From: Lophium mytilinum
Taxonomy: Eukaryota
Assembly: GCA_010093605.1 (NCBI GenBank)
Contig: MU004192.1
Location: 2,563-66,562 of the forward strand
Direction: 5' to 3'
DNA length: 64,000 bases
The position numbers and the translations under genes were made by a program. The notes beneath the pieces were generated by a model, which searched no databases, was not told where the DNA came from, and worked only from the letters and a program-made list of their open reading frames with translations. Of this stretch, positions 60,416-64,000 are shown piece after piece (the first letter of the stretch is position 1; every line of letters begins with the position of its first letter).

Positions 60416-63162
60416 TCAAACAGCCTCTCCGAAGAACTGGCTCGCCTGTATGATATCCGCGTCGCCGTTCGCGAAATCCCAGCCTACAATCGTCGGGTCC
60501 TGGCTACAGCAGATGATGCGGCGGGCATCGAACTGCAGCTTGAAGACGCGCGAGTTGACCTGGCCGCCCACGGGCTGCGGAGCCGGATGGTGATGATGAT
60601 GGTGGTGGTGAGGCGCCGGGTTAGGGTTCTGCTGAGCAGGACCTTGTGCTGGCTGGACGGGTGCTGCTGTTGCGGCAGCGGCGGGCTGGGGTGGGAGATT
60701 CGTGGTAGTAGCGGCGACGTTGACTGTGACCGTTGTTGTGTGGCCTGCTTGCTGGCCTGCTTGAGCGGCGGCTTGGAGAGCTTGTGCATGCTGAATTAGC
60801 TGGACCTGCTGTGCTGCAGCTGCTGCATTCTGAGCCGTAGCACTCGCAAAATTGTGCAGGTGTGAGTTGTTAGCAACGCCAACGTGAGCTGGTGGGGCCT
60901 GCGCGTGGTTCTGATTGTTGGGGGGATGAGCAGCCTGTTGATTGTGAGTGGCCGGTCGTCGAGGGCGGCCACCTGCGGCGAGAACAGCCTGGTGCTGGAG
61001 GAGCGTCTTCGAAGGCGCCCACCGGCCATCCGTCTCGCGCTTCCAGATAATCACAGTCTCGTCGTAAGAGCCAGACACGATCCGGGCCCACCGGCTCGAC
61101 CCGCCGCCAGGGGGGAGCTTGGCGCCTAGCGCAAAGATATCCTTGGGATCTCGGGAGCCTGCATTCCGCGCGCGACGCTGCTCCCTCGTGAATTCGGTGG
61201 GGACAAGCCCCTTTTCGCGAGCCTCGAGGAACTGCATGTCAATCGCTTTGGCCTCGGCCGCCAGCTCCTTTTCGTTCCCGGGGAGGTCGCTGAACTGGGC
61301 CTGTACTGTACGGACCAAGTTGCTGTGGCCCTGCAAGCAGGCAACCTCTGCCCCTGTCTCGCTGCAGAAGATACGCACTGTCTCGTCACTGCTGCCGCTC
61401 ACGATCCGCCGACCGTCGTACTGGACACATGCAATGCCCTTGGTGTGGCCGGTAAAAGTCTTGATTGAAGACCCATTGCGCACATCCCACACCTTGATGC
61501 TGCGGTCACCCGATGCCGACACGATCCGGCCGTCGAGAATCTGGATGGCGTTGACAGCCGCACCATGTCCTTCCAGCGTCATGATCAGACTGTAGGGTTT
61601 TAGAACCTTGGCGCGTAGAGCCTGGCCTTCCAACTGCTGCTGCATGTTGATAATGTACGAGGGAAACCGGGCGCCGGCCGTCGTAGTTCTAGGATATGCA
61701 TCATCTGTTGGCCGCAATTCCTTGCGGTTCCAAACCTTGATTGTCTTATCTTTGGAGCATGTTACAAGGTATGTATCATCGAACCGAAGATTAAGGACTG
61801 ATTCCGAATGCGCCTTTTCCAGCTTCTTGATAAGCTCTCCCGTCGAGAACCGCCATAGCAGCACGTGACAGTCGCTGCCACCCGTAACGACGATGTCTTG
61901 CTCCGGCCGCTCGTCAAATTGTAGACACAGCACAGAGGCGGCGTGCCCTACCAGAGGCGGCTGCACTAGGCGTTGGGTGTCCAGATTCCAGATCCGGATT
62001 GTCTTGTCCCGGCTTCCGCTCACTAAGTATTTGCCAGAGTACTGTATTGTGTACACGCATTCCGTGTGAGCCTCCTCCTGGTGGTTGGGGTGTGGCAGCT
62101 GGAAATTTAAGTAGCGGCCAGTATTCCAATTTTCCTCCAGTCTCCGCTTCTGCTTGTAGAGATATTGCCAGTTGATCTTCGCGTCGGGACTTGGTAGTAT
62201 CAGTGATGGCTTGACCGGCGGGTCCAGGGCCATCGGTGAGATGGACAATATCGAGGAGGTTTGGGGAGACATGGTGGATTGATCTCCGCCCGGGATATCA
62301 TGAAATGCAACATCTTGCATCCTGTCGTCAGTACCACTGGTAGCAGTGTCGTCGGCCTCCACAATGCCATGCTGCTCTCCCCACGCTGGCGTGCCCTCCT
62401 GTGAACCGTCCAAAGTGAGAGGCTGAAGGCGATTATGGATGCTTCCATCTGTCGCAGCTCCGTCCCCGAACAGCGTTTTCTCTCTAATGCGTTTCTTGTG
62501 TGATTGCGGCTCATAATCCATATCTTCAGCCGTTCGTGCCCGCGTCTTGCGCTCCTTCATCTCCGCCTTCCGCAACTTCTCCGTTTCCTCATAGTTCCGA
62601 ACTTGCTGTGTATTCGACGTCCAGCCTTCTAATCCAAACAGTAGTTTCCACAAGGGGCTATCCAGCGTCCTCATTCGCCACGCTCTGGAGAGAGTCGAGG
62701 CGCGCAAAAGGGTCTCTGGTTCCAAATAGGAAAATATCTGGAAAGTTATTTCGGGCGGGAGATAGATGACCGGGTCCAGATGTAGCAGAGGGTTCAGCCT
62801 CTCGACTAGGCCAGCTATGGACGACGTCTGTAGTGAGCGGAGGATGGCATAACAAAATTCTACAACTATCAGTATATTGAGGATATTGCCGCATCTGCCA
62901 TAGTGCTCTTACCGCTGCGTTCGCCTTCACTCATGCCTAGGATGTAGTCCGGCAGAACATACTGGGCATCTTGGTCGAGCCCTTCGCCTAACCTCGAGTC
63001 CGTTCGCATTACCGTGTCGCTGCCCGTCTGGCTCCGAGTCTCCTCGGAGTACCCCTCGTCGATCTTGAAAGACGAGTTTATCATCGAGGGTGCTCGGAAT
63101 GCGGGGGTGTATGGGGAGCTACCAAAGGGCCCTGCGCTCGAGTTGGGTAACGAACCAGCCAT
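60416..63162 (-). CDS. fwd-1: F-box/WD40 SCF substrate receptor, beta-TrCP/FWD-1 type; intron 62860-62912
   Basis: Spliced LLHLDPVIYLPPEITFQIFSYL F-box. WD40 repeats (GHAASVLCLQFD, GHGAAVNAIQ, KGIACVQYDG, RVFKLQFDARRIICCSQD) with a Q/A/H-rich insert. Confidence 0.9.
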
Positions 63163-64000
63163 GTCGAAAGCCAGGATGGTCCCGGGTGGCGCGAGCAATA
63201 CGGTCGGACAGCCTTCTCAGCTTATGGTAGGTTGCGTATACGGCAGGCCGTCTATTGGATTCGGCGGTGGGGCGCGTTGCACCTTCGGGGGTCTCTCCGG
63301 CGTCGGAGTGTGTTTGTTGGGGTCTTTGTGGGTAGGCTTCGCGGTATGGTGTCCGGCCTGGAGGAGTGAACTGTCAGACGCGGGTTAGCCTTCCAGCAAA
63401 AAAGGCCGTTCAGTGAATGAAGGTGCAAGGCGGAGCACGGCGCTCGACACGGGTGGCAGTGGTATGTATAGGCGTGGTGGGAGGCTGACTAGGGTTCCAG
63501 GCTGATGCGGCTCGTGCCAAGGGATATATGGCGCTAACCGAATGTGGCTGCTAAAGATCACAATACGCACGCTCGTGACGCTCAAGGGCGCTCAAATCGA
63601 TTTATCACGACCGACATGTAAAAGACTTCGTTTTGAGATCCTTCTATCATGATACGTGTCACTAATTGGGCTCGAGATTCCAGTACTATATATGCAAAAC
63701 GGTGCTGGAAACCTGTGGAAGGAAGCCATGCAGAATATCTGAGTTTCGATCACTAAACAGGTACCTTCACTTTGAATATCAAGAGTCTATTCATCTAGGC
63801 TTGGTTGTTGCTCATTAGAGTACTATACCAGCATTTCTAGGGTATGTACCTTCTTCATCAATACACGTCTTTCCAAAGACCTCATATACAAGACATCAAC
63901 CCATATACCTCCCATCCATCCGATCGTATTACTTGCAGAACTTCCCAAACTTGCGGTTCGTGATGGGCTGTGGGAATAGTCCGCCATCTAAGAGCTGGAA

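Overview
Eukaryotic DNA from a filamentous ascomycete (Pezizomycotina): short GT-AG introns with CTRAC branch points, and an AT-rich block with the hallmarks of repeat-induced point mutation (RIP) at 1-~5700 (assembly gap 1461-2207). The rest mixes conserved genes (TLC-domain protein, mitochondrial seryl-tRNA synthetase, BTB-like protein, U1-C, PDR-type ABC transporter, FWD-1-like F-box/WD40) with accessory redox and detox genes (FAD monooxygenase, ferric reductase, SDRs, P450, NmrA-like) and several decaying pseudogenes (GH127-like, two HET remnants, F-box/LRR joined to DUF2235). Highlights: (1) the U1-C gene apparently needs a U2-style AT-AC intron plus a 6-nt micro-exon to give its conserved N-terminus; (2) an intact intron-containing gene that appears to encode a catalytically dead, fingers-less Ty3/gypsy reverse-transcriptase palm; (3) a 785-bp element with 98-bp TIRs and an 8-bp target-site duplication inside the RIP block. 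All gene models and family calls were made by eye, with no database search.
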